Of a DNA stretch of 64,000 nt, positions 36,800 to 49,513 are shown one piece after another (the first letter of the stretch is position 1; every line of letters starts with the position of its first letter). The position numbers and the translations under genes are program-made. Origin of the DNA: Dipteris shenzhenensis (lineage: Eukaryota); the NCBI GenBank assembly GCA_047967505.1, contig CM106538.1; one strand, 5' to 3'. The notes beneath the pieces are model-generated. The model worked only from the letters and a program-made list of their open reading frames with translations. It was not told the DNA's origin and did not search any database.

Positions 36800-37767
36800 A
36801 CCTTGTATAGAGGTGTGCTCAGTGTGCCACCATCTAGCAGCTAAGGTGCTGCCTAGATGTGGACCCCTGTCACTACAAAACTGTTCCCCTACCTCCTCTT
36901 GGCACCTTCAAAGCACTGTCAGCCTGCATGGTCTCCTAGAGCTTCGGTGGCTGTGTAGATGCTCTGCAAATAGAGCTCCTTACTGCTCTGGTGGACAGAC
37001 AATGGTGAGGCACTGTTTAATCCTTGAGCTCCTTGTTGCTTCCGTCTGCAGGAAAGGTGAGGAACAAGTCTCCTCGATTCCTATCCTCCTTGCTGCTCTG
37101 ACGGGAGCCTGTTGTGAGGCTCTATCACTGAGTTCTCTGGACCTCCCTGCTGCTTGAAGCTCAGCCCAGTCTAAGGCACCAGAGGCTGAATGACTGAATG
37201 AATAACTGCACCCCCAGGGGCCCTTTATATAGGGTTGTAGGCCCCCAAAATAGGCCGACATAGTTCCCACAGACTGGCCGACCTGCCAGTCTGCCAGCCG
37301 ATCCTGTCTGTAGGGTTCCAGGTCAGCCGACCTGATTCCTGGCCTATTTAAGGCCTGTTTGGCATGTGCCTTGCTTCTGGTCCTTGCCCCAGGCCCGCTG
37401 TCTTCTCCAGGCCCTGCAGCAGACCACCCATACATGCTGCAGCACCCAACCAAGTCTGTCATACCCTGCAGTACTACCAACCGGTCACAGACCTCTTGTA
37501 CCTTTGCTGGCCTGCTGTACCTGCTGCTGCTGCCGCTGCACCGTCTGCAGTACCATTTGTACCTGCTGTACCTGCTGCTGTACGAGCCCAGGTACATCCA
37601 CAAGGTTGACCTAACAGTAGATCTATGTGTTGCCCATGTGGCAGCCAGTCTGCTGCCCACATGGCGGTGCTAATCTCACTGTCTTTTCATCTAGTACAAT
37701 AAGTTTTGCTCTCCCATGTCCTCATATGAGGGCTCACAGATGGGGAGGTGACCCTCATATTCCAGCA
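36800..37767 (-). repeat. GC-rich LTR-like element with CTG-rich internal repeats
   Basis: Reverse TATA (CCCTTTATATAGG) at ~37222; right end TATTCCAGCA; shares a motif with 18900-19549; no TSD found. Confidence 0.4.
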
Positions 37768-39499
37768 CTTTATGGCATGTGACCTTCTTATAATATGCCT
37801 GACATATCTCATGATTCATACCTTTGTGAGTGGATTCTTCAGATGTTAACAATGCACGTGTTTTGCTTGTGTTCCGGATTGTAACTTCTTCTGGATAAAC
37901 CTTGTCCTTTTGTAAATAGAAAGTATCTTGACAGGAAACCTACAAGAGGACAAAATGACGCAACTTGAGCCATGAAAGTAATCGTTGTTAGCATCACTGC
38001 AATAGGATACCCATGCGGAACATGTCCAAAAAATCTTTCAGTACAGACGGTATGTATATGAGAGAGATCAACTTTTGTGCAAGATCCCGGAGCTGGCTTG
38101 AAATTCTGGATGCTTAATTTTCTTCACTGTCACCAGTGGGACTAATTGTGTGTGGAAACAGACGTGCTTACTCAGCAAGTCAGTCTGTGGTTGCAAACAG
38201 CAGCTCCTGTCATTTTCCATTGCTACATGCTTCCAGAGTGCCAATGCCAGTTCTGATCCTGCAGAATTTATCCTGTATTTACACCTCAAATCTCTTGTTG
38301 CTGTTTTCCTGAAGTTTAAGGCAAACATCGTAGGCTGTTGGGGAAAGGTGGGGCCTTGCAGACTGATTGTGAGGTGGTCTCACATTTCAGAATATGTTGA
38401 AGAAAAAGGATCATCACAATCAAGAAATATTTTAGCATCAAGGTCCACGTTATGTGTTTCTAGCTTAGCAAATTCCACTGTAGTAAAGTTTGAGCTCAAT
38501 TTTGAGCCCTTTATGATCCAATCTTTGAGGGATCAGCCTGTTCTTGGTATACCTTAATATGATATGAAAAAGTAGATTATTGGGAAGGACTCACATCGAA
38601 AGAGTGCACTCTATCATTCATGTTGCGATAGCATGGTCACTGCTCACATGACAGTGCCCCCATGAAGAATCTGTTGCTTAGATGGATCGTTGGTCGTTCG
38701 TGCATGTCTGGTACAAGTGAGGAGTGGATGACCAAATACAACATCAGCAATGAAAGAAGTCATGTGTTTAAGTAGAATGTGGTTTATCCAATGATGAGAT
38801 CAGAAGCAATGCAAATTTTCAAAATACCTTGAGAAAGCACACAGATGATGAAGATGATGAGGAAGCAAGCTCCAACGATGAAACCGAGCTGCTAAGGCAA
38901 TGTTTTTGAAATAGATGGATAAGGGATACCCAAACCAAGTTGGAAGCGTGACAAGCGATGGGTGAGGTGAAGCTATATCTAAGGAGACTAATGGAGTCTC
39001 CTTGGGTGCATTCAATTTTTGTAGTAATTCCTGGATTTTCTCCAAGGTGGCTACTTTCTCTGGGACGATGCATTCAAGAGGGCACCTTTATGTGTCCTTA
39101 GGTGCGCAAATTGGCACCTTGGTTTGGAGAGGTGCCAATTTGAGCACCTTTGCACCACCCCATTGCGACCAACAATGGCTAGTCCAAGGGACATTTTCAC
39201 CAACACCTAGCAGTTTCTCTAGATGCTGCAAGTTGTGCAGGTACCTGAAATGGGCGTCTTGGTTGGAAAACACATTGGAGGAGATTGTGTAGTTGATGGG
39301 GAAAGTCTTGCTTGTTGTTTGAGTCAATCAAAATTGCAAAGGGAGCTAAGAGGCTTGGATTATGTGGAATTGAAGTAGAGATAAGCTAGATAGTGTGTAT
39401 CTAAGTTATGTAGGTTGGTGGAGGGAAGAGTTTGTTATGTTTTGGCAATTTGAGATCATTTTTAGTATTCAAGCTTGCTTTGCCTATCTTGATGCTAAA

Positions 39500-42400
39500 T
39501 CCTTCTAAACTGACATTTAATATTAATGCTTTAGTGTTGTAGGGATGAAGGATACCTTGGAAAAGGTTACGGCATGCAAGGGGATGCTATGAAAAATCAA
39601 ATATTGGGATCAAGTAGGGGTGAAATTCTCAATCAGTTGATAAAGAACCAGGCTTAATGTGGAAGGTACTGTGAGATGAAACTGTAGGAGGTGAAGGCTG
39701 AAGTGTTAAACTAGGTGAAGGATCCTTGGGATGAGAGAATGGAAAATGTTTTGGTCAATCGATCAGCAAATGGCTGAGATGGAGTTGAAGAAGGCTAAAG
39801 CAGAAAATGTTTAGAGCAAGCAAAGGTGGTTGGTTCGCAAGGATTCATCCTCGAAATGTTTGTTTTTGATTCTCCAGGAAATGAGGAAGGCTAAGATGAT
39901 TGATAAGGTGTAGGATGTCAATGGGAGGATTACTATAGAGCCATGGAGGGTGGGAGGTGTGTTTGTAAGCACTTCAAGCCCATTTTTGGGGCCAAGAAAG
40001 GGGGTTGGCAATGCATTGTGTAGGCAATTAGAGAACCTACTATTCAAAAGAAGCTTTAGGTTTTCATTAGAAGAAATTGAGGATGACTAGGTTTTATGGT
40101 TGAGTGGGCTTACTGTAGAATTTTTAAAGTATTTTGATCAAATTCAAAAAAGATCTTGTGGATATGGTGCAAGATGCATGTCGGAGAGATTAAGAGAGAG
40201 TTCCTATTAGTCATCATGAATGTGTGTCTCATTACAATTATCCCTAATAAGTAGAAGAGGCCAATTTGCATTTTGAATTAAGATTATAATATTATGGCCA
40301 AAAGGCTAAATCGTTTGTTTTGAGGCTAAAGTATGTTTTATCCAATCTCATCGCTAAATAATAGTATGGGTTTATATTTGGAAGACATCTTTGAAAATGT
40401 ATAAAATGTTGCCTTAGCACTGGTTTATACTTTGGAGGAAAGGTTGAGATGTGTTATGCTTGCATTAGACTTACTATGATTTATTGAGGTGGGACTATAT
40501 GACAAAGAAGTTTGGGGCCAAGTTTATCGACATTTGTTGGGGAGGAATTCATAAGGTAAAAAGATCTTTGAGCCCAACAAGTCTATCAAGTAGCCATTAG
40601 TGTATGATTTGGCTACTATTCTATGGATTGCAATAGTAAAGGAATTATAGAAAAAGAGAAGTCCCAAGCTTTAGATTTTCTAAGTTGGAAGCATGTAGCT
40701 TAATAGTCATTTGAAGATGCCATGAATGCATTGTAGTCCCTAAAGGTCATTTCCTTGCTTTATAAAACTTCAAGCTCGAAGTACAATTTGGCTAATTCCA
40801 TGCTATGGCTATTAACAAGGGGGAAAGGTTGGGTTGGATTCACAAGTATGTGTTGAGTTGGATTGCTCCAGAGGTTATAGTGAGATACTTGTGAGTATCC
40901 TGTCAGGATGGAGGTATCCATGAAGTAGAGGTGGCTTGTGGAGAGGAAGCTCATAGTATGGAGGTGTAGGTTTATTGCATGGAAGTCAAGATTGACATTT
41001 TCATAATATGTGTTGAGTTGGATTGTAGAGGTTATAGGGAGATACTTTGAGTTTTCTATCAAGATGGAGGTATCCATGAAGTAGAGGTGGCTCGTGGAGA
41101 GGAAGCTCGCAATATGGAGGTGTAGGCTTATTGCATGGAATTCATGGCATACTATGGCAGGGGATATGGGAGAGCATATGGAGCCATAGGAGGAAAATAC
41201 AAACCAAGATCGACATTATCATAGCATGTGTTGGATGCCTTAGTGGTATATGTGCCAAGCTTATGTACGTTCTTGAAGTCTTATTGGATTATAATGAATA
41301 GGGAACTAAGGAGGTTTAGTAGGCATGATGATGGCGGTAGGCAGATGTATTATGTGTTGTCAAAGGTGGTGGTTACTTCAAAAGCACATGGGCTTTGGGT
41401 TCTCGACTTCACGTTGGGGGCCATTGCATGGCTACTTGAGCTAGATGTATGAGGCGCCGTGGGCTTGGCATGTTGAGATAGTTCTTTGAAAGGGAATTTT
41501 GAAGGAAGGTAGACATCTGTGAGATTTGGAAATGGCATGAGAAAGTGGTGTTCCATTTCGTATAGTGAAGGCTATGAAGTCTAATATTGCTAGTGGGGTT
41601 GGTAAGGGCATGGGAAGAGCTAGTCTAATATTGTAGAGTATGAAGCTAAGGCTACATGGTGATTCTTGTTCATCTAAGAGCATGTGGTGATCTAGAGATA
41701 AGAACAAGGAGGAGGAGACATTTAAGGATCATTGATTGGCAAAAATTTATGAACTAGAATAACAAAGGGTTAAAGTCATGCTGATGTGTTGGTCATAGGT
41801 GGGAGAATGATAAATTAGAAAGCTTTCAAGGAATGAAGATGCTAATTTAGAAGTCGGATAGGGGGAGGCTTGAGGAGGTGATGAAGTGGTGAGAGAGCAT
41901 TGGGAAACTAATAGCTTAAGGTTGGTCTTAGCAGTGGGTAGTGAGTGGGGTGACCTAATCTAGGGGAACAATGATGGATGCTATGGTAACTGGTCAAAGC
42001 TGCTTTAAGGTATTTAAGTGAAATTGATGGGGGATGGGCTTTACCTCATAAACAAGATGGAAAATGTTGAAGAATCATGATACAAGGTGCAAGGGGACAA
42101 AGGAGAGTACTATCCATTTGTTCTAGAGCTGCACAATAACTAAGGTGGCATGGAGCCCGGGTCCAAAAGGGGATTGAGAAATTAATGATTAGATAACAGT
42201 TGGGATGGAAATGGAATAGATACGAGTATTTATTGGGGGTGGATATGAGCCAATGCTTAGGTCAGGGGTTAATTAGGCTTTATGGATAGTGAGGGATTTG
42301 TCTATGCTTGTGTGTTGTAGTTGTTGCGAATAGATTTGAGAATGATAGAGTTGGTGGGATGGTGTTAGTTATAGCTAGTGGCTAAGGATTACTTAGTTAA
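39500..42400 (+). mobile_element. Highly degenerate L1-type LINE ORF2
   Basis: Broken RT motifs (ITIIP...RPICILN...IMAKRL, FEDA for FADD, VRYL, RELRRF...VTSKAHG..VLD). Homologous to 51590-52520. Internal ~160-bp duplication at 40848-41140. Confidence 0.55.
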
Positions 42401-42984
42401 TTCCTCAAATTCTTTTTCTAGTTATGGCCGGGCCTTCCTTAAGGTTTGATACCTATAATAAAGCTATGGAAATCTCGCCTCCCTTTCAGGGTTAAAACAA
42501 TAATTATGTAAAAGCAAGTAAGATCTTATTTTTAATATCCAATTTAAATTTGTAATGACTCTTTCATGCATAAATCTAGCTTGTGTCATGTCTTGTATTC
42601 TCTAAGCTTCACACTTGGTTGTTATTTCCATCTCAAGATCTGACTTAGCTTGGTTGTCATACTTTTGTCATGTTCTAAAGCAATCTTTATTGCTTGGAAT
42701 GGCTTCAATTACTTAGAAACTCCTTTAAGCTAGTAGGTTCTTATTTTCATTGATCATTAGGTTCTGTCATCATACGACAATGTTGCAACAAGATTATTAA
42801 TCTATCCAATTTTACTTTTTGGCCTATTTTAGACCATTGGTTGCTCCTAGTAATGTTCAACCAAGTAGTCATGGAGATATATTTCTTCATCTCTTAATAG
42901 TATTTGCACATTAAAGAGAGTCCATGGAGGTTTTTAAGAATCACAATATTACATAGCAAAAGGCATAAGATGTATGTAAATAAT

Positions 42985-43170
42985 AAATGATTATCGCAAA
43001 CCCACCATAAATATTATGCTTTCTCACAGGAAAAGCTAATACTATGTGGAAAGAAAGCAAATAATGTAAATCCTTTGAAATGATTATCGCAAACCCACCA
43101 TAAATATTATGCTTTCTCACAGGAAAAGCTAATACTATGTGGAAAGAAAGCAAATAATGTAAATCCTTTG
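42985..43170 (+). repeat. Perfect 93-bp tandem duplication
   Basis: 42985-43077 equals 43078-43170. Confidence 0.93.
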
Positions 43171-43700
43171 ATACTAGGTGCAAAAGAAACAAATTCTTGA
43201 TTCATAATGCAAGAAGGACATAAAGGATATAATTGACTTTTAATACTATATAAAAAAGACCACAAAAAATGGGGCTATGCTATAGCATGCTAGCTAGTCA
43301 ATCCTCATTGAAACTAAAGCGTCGGGAAAAAACAAGAAGAAGACCCATCTTTTTTTAGCTTGGAGAATCTACATTTATAACCTCAAGGTTAAGAGGAGAA
43401 TGAGAAGTCTTATGATGATAATTTTATTATGGAGAGGAGTCATCTCATGAGGAGGTGAGCTGCTTGAGCTAGATGAATTGCCTAGCTTCTATCAATTCTC
43501 TCCTCTCATGTCAATGCAGTTAGCATGCACAACTCATCAATTGACAAAGTGTACAAGGGACAGCTAACATATGCATTGAATTTGAACAAATGATAAGGTG
43601 ATTGCACAAGGGTCACCCCAACTAACATAATGGGCATGTAAGGAGGACCTTGCAAGTGGACCTTGAGCTTCCTACTTGCAAGTGCTGAAGTCATGAACTA

Positions 43701-44068
43701 CTAATGGTAGGAACTAGGTGGAATTGATACAATTGTATATCTTAGGTTTTTTTTTTGCATGCTAGGACTAGATATTTATTTGCATGATGGTAGAAATTGA
43801 TTGTTGATTGTGGAATTAGTGGTAGATAGGCCGAGGCATGGGTAAAGAGCATGGAGAGAAAAAATACAGTCACAGCTCCCCCAAAAAAAGCAATAGTCCC
43901 TATTTTTACGATAAGTTTTGATCCATAACTCTAATTTAGGAGTTTTTTTTTGTTGTTGCAAAGTTCAAATTAAGATCTACAACTCCGTACGATAGGTGAT
44001 TGGTTTGTGTTGATAGACTGCTCCTATCTTGCAGTAAAGATTGGACCAGTGGGAGAAGTGTTCCCTAG
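43701..44068. repeat. Dispersed non-coding repeat, copy A (MITE-like)
   Basis: Aligns end to end with 48674-49094 (CTA.TGGTAGGAACTAG...CCTAG). Confidence 0.7.
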
Positions 44069-44069
44069 A

Positions 44070-45250
44070 TCTTGTGGTACCTGAGGCATCGTCTAAGAAG
44101 GGGGGCTGGACAACTTATCCTTGTCGTGAGTATCCAAGCTATCACCACGATCCCGTCCCCTAGCTTGAACTTCCCCCTACATGCTATACTTCCCATCAGA
44201 CTTTTGTGGATCCACTCACTCTTGGACCCCTTTGAGTCTATCATTTCATTGTGTGCCAATTGAGTATTTTTTGAACAGATAGGACAATTCATGACATAGT
44301 GACTTGTTTGCTTGTAGAGATAGCAAGGATTTGCAAAAGGTTCAAAGCAAACCTTCTTAGATAAACAAACCTCCACAAAATTGAGAATATCTTGGCTTCT
44401 ATCCCACAAAATCCATGCTTTTTTGGGCCAAAGTCTCGATGTGCGAGTGAGGGATAACAAAATCCTCCCCAGAGAGTGAGCAATTGCATCGAAGCTAGTG
44501 CACATCCATGCATGCATCGAGGGGAAGTCCACCCACATTGGAAATTCCCAGAACATAAATGCATCACTAGAAAAAAAGGGGCCCCATGCGATTGCCAAAC
44601 TCTTAAAAAAACAAGAGGATGCAATAGAATATCATTATGCAACTCCTTAGACATGCATCACACAAGAAAGGAGCCCTTGCCCATATGTTACACCTCATAC
44701 CCCTAGGAGGAACCTCACATCAAAAGTAACAAACTCCCTAAGCTCCCTAATGGTAGATAATCTACTAGTAAAAATTAGATACAAGCCCTTATTAGCAACC
44801 CTTGTTACTAAAAAATAGATACAAACCCCTGTTAGCAACCTCCAGCTTCATGGCATTGAACTAAAGATGACAAACAGTCTTGTGCTTAACCCCAATCTCT
44901 CGAAGCTCCTTTTTGGCCCCGTGCAAGCAACATCTGTGCATAGGAGATCCCATGGATCCTCATTGAAAGTTTTAAAAACCCGCTCCTCAACTTCTTTGTG
45001 AGAGTTTCTACATAGGACACTTGATCCTCCTTGGCTACCACGAACCTACTCCTTCCTAGCTCCTCCCTCAACCTCAATGGTTGCATGCACCTCAAAAGCC
45101 TCCTCACTCCTGTCACAATAGTCTTTGGACCGGAAGACACCAAAAGCTTATCGCCCACCTCGATAAGCCCACCTGACATTGTTGAGAATTGATTGAGACT
45201 TCTCTTCCGCTTGAGAGAATTCTGTCCATTCCTTTTTCCATTCATTGTTC
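44070..45250 (-). mobile_element. Degenerate LINE ORF1 (DUF4283-like plus knuckle)
   Basis: MGKGSFLV, W.....FPMWVDFP, AIAHSLGRIL, CYLYKQTSHYVMNCP. Confidence 0.6.
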
Positions 45251-46494
45251 CGTGAGAATAAGTGGTTCCTTGATTCTTTGCGAAAGATTTTCTTCTCCAT
45301 TCCTCAAGTGATTCTTGAGAGTCTTTGTGAGGATTTATGAGAGAGAGATACTTTCGTCATCATAGATTTCCATCATTGTGATAGAAAGAATCAAGAGAGA
45401 GATAGGGAGACTCCCCTATTGAGAGAGCTTCTAGTAAAGCATACCATCAATGACTTCATGAGATCGAGCAAGAGGCTGAAGCGACTCTATTAATCAAGAA
45501 ACAAAGAATTTGAAGCAAGCCAACTCCAAGCAAGAATAGCTCATGACTGAGGCTACAAGCAACTGTGCAAAGCACTTTGCACCTTCTGTGTTTCACACGA
45601 CCATTGGGGAGCTCACCTTGATGAGCCCTGTCACACATGCAAAAGAAATGCACTCAGACTGTAGAATGGTGCACAGAACTCACTATCCTCAATGGACCTT
45701 GCCATCTTGTTTTTCAAAGGGGGGACATAAAAGCCTCTCATAACAAAGTAAAGGAGTTCGATGTATGCTATATATAATTAACGTTATTCTCTTTCTCGAA
45801 CTTGACACGCTCTCTTTACATGTGACAACTACACAAAGCTTAGTCTAAAATAAGGTGGCAATCCCACTGAGGTTGCCCTACCTTTTGGAATGTTATTATA
45901 GGTGTAGGTGTTAAGTGCATTATGTGTAAATGTATGCAATGCAATGGTCTCTCCATTATGCAAATGATTAAGTTGTTGGTTCTTTGAATTCTAAGTTAAA
46001 GTGGAAGTAGTCCATCATGGTTTGTAGATTTATTGATTATGATGTTTTTAAAGATGCTGAAGTCACCACCATGGCCTCACTTTCAACATGGTGGCATAAT
46101 CACTAAGCCCATTTAGAGAAAATATAAAGTAGCTTGGATAAATATTGCAACAAAATTTTCTGATAACATCTAAAAGGGAAAAGAAAGGTGTATGAAAGAG
46201 AAATAAAAAATGCAAGTAAAGGTGAATGAATATGGGGAAAGGTAGATGAGTGAAAAGAGAGGAGAGGGAAGAGATGAAATAGGGGATAGGCCATTAAATA
46301 TGAGTGGGGACATGTCCCTTTTGGCAAGAGACCCTCATTTACATGCTTTTATTTAAGGCTTTATCATAGAAGCTAAATGACAAAATACTTCGCTACCTCT
46401 CATGTAAGGCCAAAAACTTAATCCACACAAAGTGACAAAATCATTTAGGACCCTCACAAAAAGACAAAAGCCTAAAGCTCATTACAATGGCCTA

Positions 46495-48660
46495 CACTAG
46501 TCAGAGAAATGGGATAGAGCCTGATCTCGACAAGGTGAAAGCACTAATTTTACTATCCTCTCCTACTTATGTCTAGGTTTATGCCTTTATTATCATAGTT
46601 GCTTTAGCCACTTCTGCAGGCAGTCAAGAAGGATCCTCTTTAGTGGGATGAAGAGTGTGATGAGGTGTTTAGAAAAGTCAAAGAGAATCTTGGTGAGATT
46701 TCAAGTGTGAAAGCTCTTGAAATTGACAAAATATCTACGTTAATCCTTCCATAGGGATAGATGCAATTGGGGCAATTCTCTTGCAACAAGGAAATGAATA
46801 CAGGTATATGACAACGGTATACTATGCCAGCAGAGTAAAAATTGAGGTATAAAGAAATTACATAGAGGCAAAGCTTGTGCTATCAAGCTTGGTTTATTCA
46901 TGTAAGAGATTTATAGATTATTTACTACCCAAACCATTTGTTGTGTTGAGAAACTACACATTTTTAAGCCTACTACTCAATAGTACTAATCTTTTTGAAA
47001 GCATGATAAGGATACTGGAGCTGCAAGAATTTGATATTGAAGCACATACTGGGAGTTTGGCGAACAAAACATATGCATCTCAAAGCTTGGATTCGAGAGG
47101 TGAAGAGGCTATTGGATGCTTTTTGAATGTTGGAGCATTCAACATGTGGCTAAAGAATAGAACCATAATGCACATGAAGTAGATCAACAAGCCATGGTGG
47201 GGATGTATTTTACAACCAAGGTGGATGGACCGTTATATCATGGGAGGGAGTATCTTGCCAAGAAGAAAGCATTTCTAATGACAAAAAGGGTACCTTCAGG
47301 TATGACAAAGCTAGGGAAGTATCAATTTGTGAAGAAATGTAAAAAATTTTGTATTATTAGTGATGCTCTTTTCATGAAACCACTAGATTTGGTATTGATA
47401 AGGGTGCCTTGGAAAGATGAGATTTATTATATATTGAAAACCAATCATGAGGGAGTATGTGGAGGACATTTTGCTTTCAAATCACATCGTTGAAAATATT
47501 GTTGGAGGGCTATGGTAGCCTTATATTCAAAATGATGTGCAGCATTGGTGTAGGTCCTATTTCCAATGTCAGAGAATGGGAAAAAGGGTATTAAATCCTA
47601 AACCATGGAACATCATGCTTGCTTATAACATTTTTGAAAGGTGAGGGATAGATGCCATTGGACTATTGCCTATGACTGCTCATGGGACATGTTACATAAT
47701 TATAGCCATTGACTACTTATCTAGATGTACAGAAGCTAAGGCAGTGAAAGTAGTCAATGTGAAGGAGGTATGCAAGTTCGTGTATGAAAATTTGCTGCAA
47801 GTTGGGAGTACCATTGAAGCTCATCGGATAGAGGACCTGGATTTTAGAGTGAGTTGATGGATCTTTTATGTGAAAAGTTGAAAATCAAACACAGGTATGA
47901 CACCCCTTACTATCCACAATGTAATGGGATGAATGAAAATTCCAATGGTGAACTAACAATCATGCTTAACAGGACTTAGAATCATGAGAAAACATGGGAT
48001 TTGGATCTTCCTTGTGTGCTATGGGCTTACAGTATTGTAGTGAAAGGAAGCACTTGGTTCTCTCCTTTCCACCTTATCTATGGAGTTGAAGCTTTGTTGC
48101 CTATTGAGGTAGAGATTACCAACATTGAGATTCTTGATGAGGATAAATGAGGAGCCTTAGCATTAGTTCAGAATCCACCTTTTGGAATTTCAAAAAGAAG
48201 ATTTGGATCAGATGCAAGCATTAGAGCATGATCAAAAGACCCAAGAGCAAAATCAGCGAAGAGCTAATGAGAAGATCAAGGACAAGAAGATTGGTAAGGG
48301 TGACCTTGTGCTCCATTATGATAGTAAGCTAAATAACAATTTTAAAACTAAGTTTTAGACAAAGTGGGAAGGCTCTTTTTGAGTGTAAGAACGATTCTAT
48401 AATGACTCATATGAGTTGAAGAACTTAGATGACACTCTACACAAGAATAGAGTTAATGGGCTTAAGAAATATATTGTCCAACAAATGATCATCACTACAT
48501 GACAAGTGGGTAGAAAAGAGGATGAGGCATGGTATGAAAATACTATCAAGGAGGAGGAGGACTAGACCAACTCACTAAATTATTTTTTTGAAGACTATTG
48601 GACATGAACATCATAGTAGCTGAGGGGTGTGTAAAAATTATAGACAAATTTTGTGGACCC
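46495..48660 (+). mobile_element. Degenerate non-chromovirus Ty3/gypsy (Athila/Tat-like) pol: RT end, RNase H, integrase, probable PPT and LTR start
   Basis: GIEPDLDKVKAL, AIGAILLQ, VYYASR, HEGVCGGHFA, GIDAIG, YIIIAIDYLSR, TPYYPQCNG.NE, VLWAY...SPFHLIYG.EALLP, KWEG; GAGGGG followed by TGT at ~48622-48632. Confidence 0.85.
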
Positions 48661-48673
48661 CTATTTTAAATTG

Positions 48674-49094
48674 CTAGTGGTAGGAACTAGCCGGAATTGA
48701 TATGATTGTACATCTTATTTCATGTTTTGCATGCTTGAACTAAATATTTATTTGCACGATGATGGTAGAAAGTGATTGTTGATTGTGGAATTAATGGTAG
48801 ATAGGCCAATGGTGGAGGTGTGCATAAAGAGCGTGCATGTTAAAAAAGCAATTGCACCTCCCCCAAAAAAGATTAATCACTGTTTTTGAGATAATTTTTG
48901 ATCCATAACTCAAATTTAGAATATCTTTTTCTTGCAAATATAAAATCAATCTCTAGAACTCTCTAGAAGAAGTCAAGGTCTAAATCCATAGAAAATGGGA
49001 TAAAAAAAGAGAATACAATAGATGACTAGTTTATGTTGATAGGTTGCTCCTATCTTATCGAGAAAATTAGACCTGTGGAAGAAGCGCTACCTAG
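48674..49094. repeat. Dispersed non-coding repeat, copy B (MITE-like)
   Basis: Homologous to 43701-44068; CTAG at both ends. Confidence 0.7.
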
Positions 49095-49397
49095 CTTTAG
49101 AGCTAATCCTCTTGTAAGATGTTATGTATACTTATATTTATGGAAAAACAACTCAAAGGATTGCCTATATCATGTCTGTAAATATTATGTGTCCAACATA
49201 GCATAGTCTAGATGGGATGTCATAAGCGATTGAGAGGTTGAGGAAATATACATGTTATGGGTTTATTTGCGATGCTCTTATTATGTTTGTAAGTTGAAGA
49301 ACTATTATAGTGATCACTTATAGTCCCTTGGTTTCTCTTATCATCATGAGTAGGATTTGAGACACCTTTCGACATCAAAGGTGCAGCGAATCTCATG

Positions 49398-49513
49398 TCA
49401 CTTGACATGCTAAAAGAGATGGGCTTCCCTCTTGCATAGGATGGATGAGATTATATCACTTGACATGCTAAAAGAGACAGGCTTCGCTCTTGCATAGGAT
49501 GGATGAGATTATA
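49398..49513 (+). repeat. 58-bp tandem duplication
   Basis: TCACTTGACATGCTAAAAGAGA..GGCTTC.CTCTTGCATAGGATGGATGAGATTATA twice. Confidence 0.9.

Noticed and set aside
36980-37673. Overlapping Ala/Cys/Leu-rich ORFs
   Set aside because: Produced by CTG-rich repeats within an LTR-like element.
38068-38557. Possible second host gene (ORFs on both strands)
   Set aside because: No recognisable domain and no consistent splice model.
43701-49094. The direct repeats as the LTR pair of the Athila/Tat-like element
   Set aside because: No TG..CA ends or PBS, the PPT and LTR start precede copy B, and a LINE ORF1 follows copy A.
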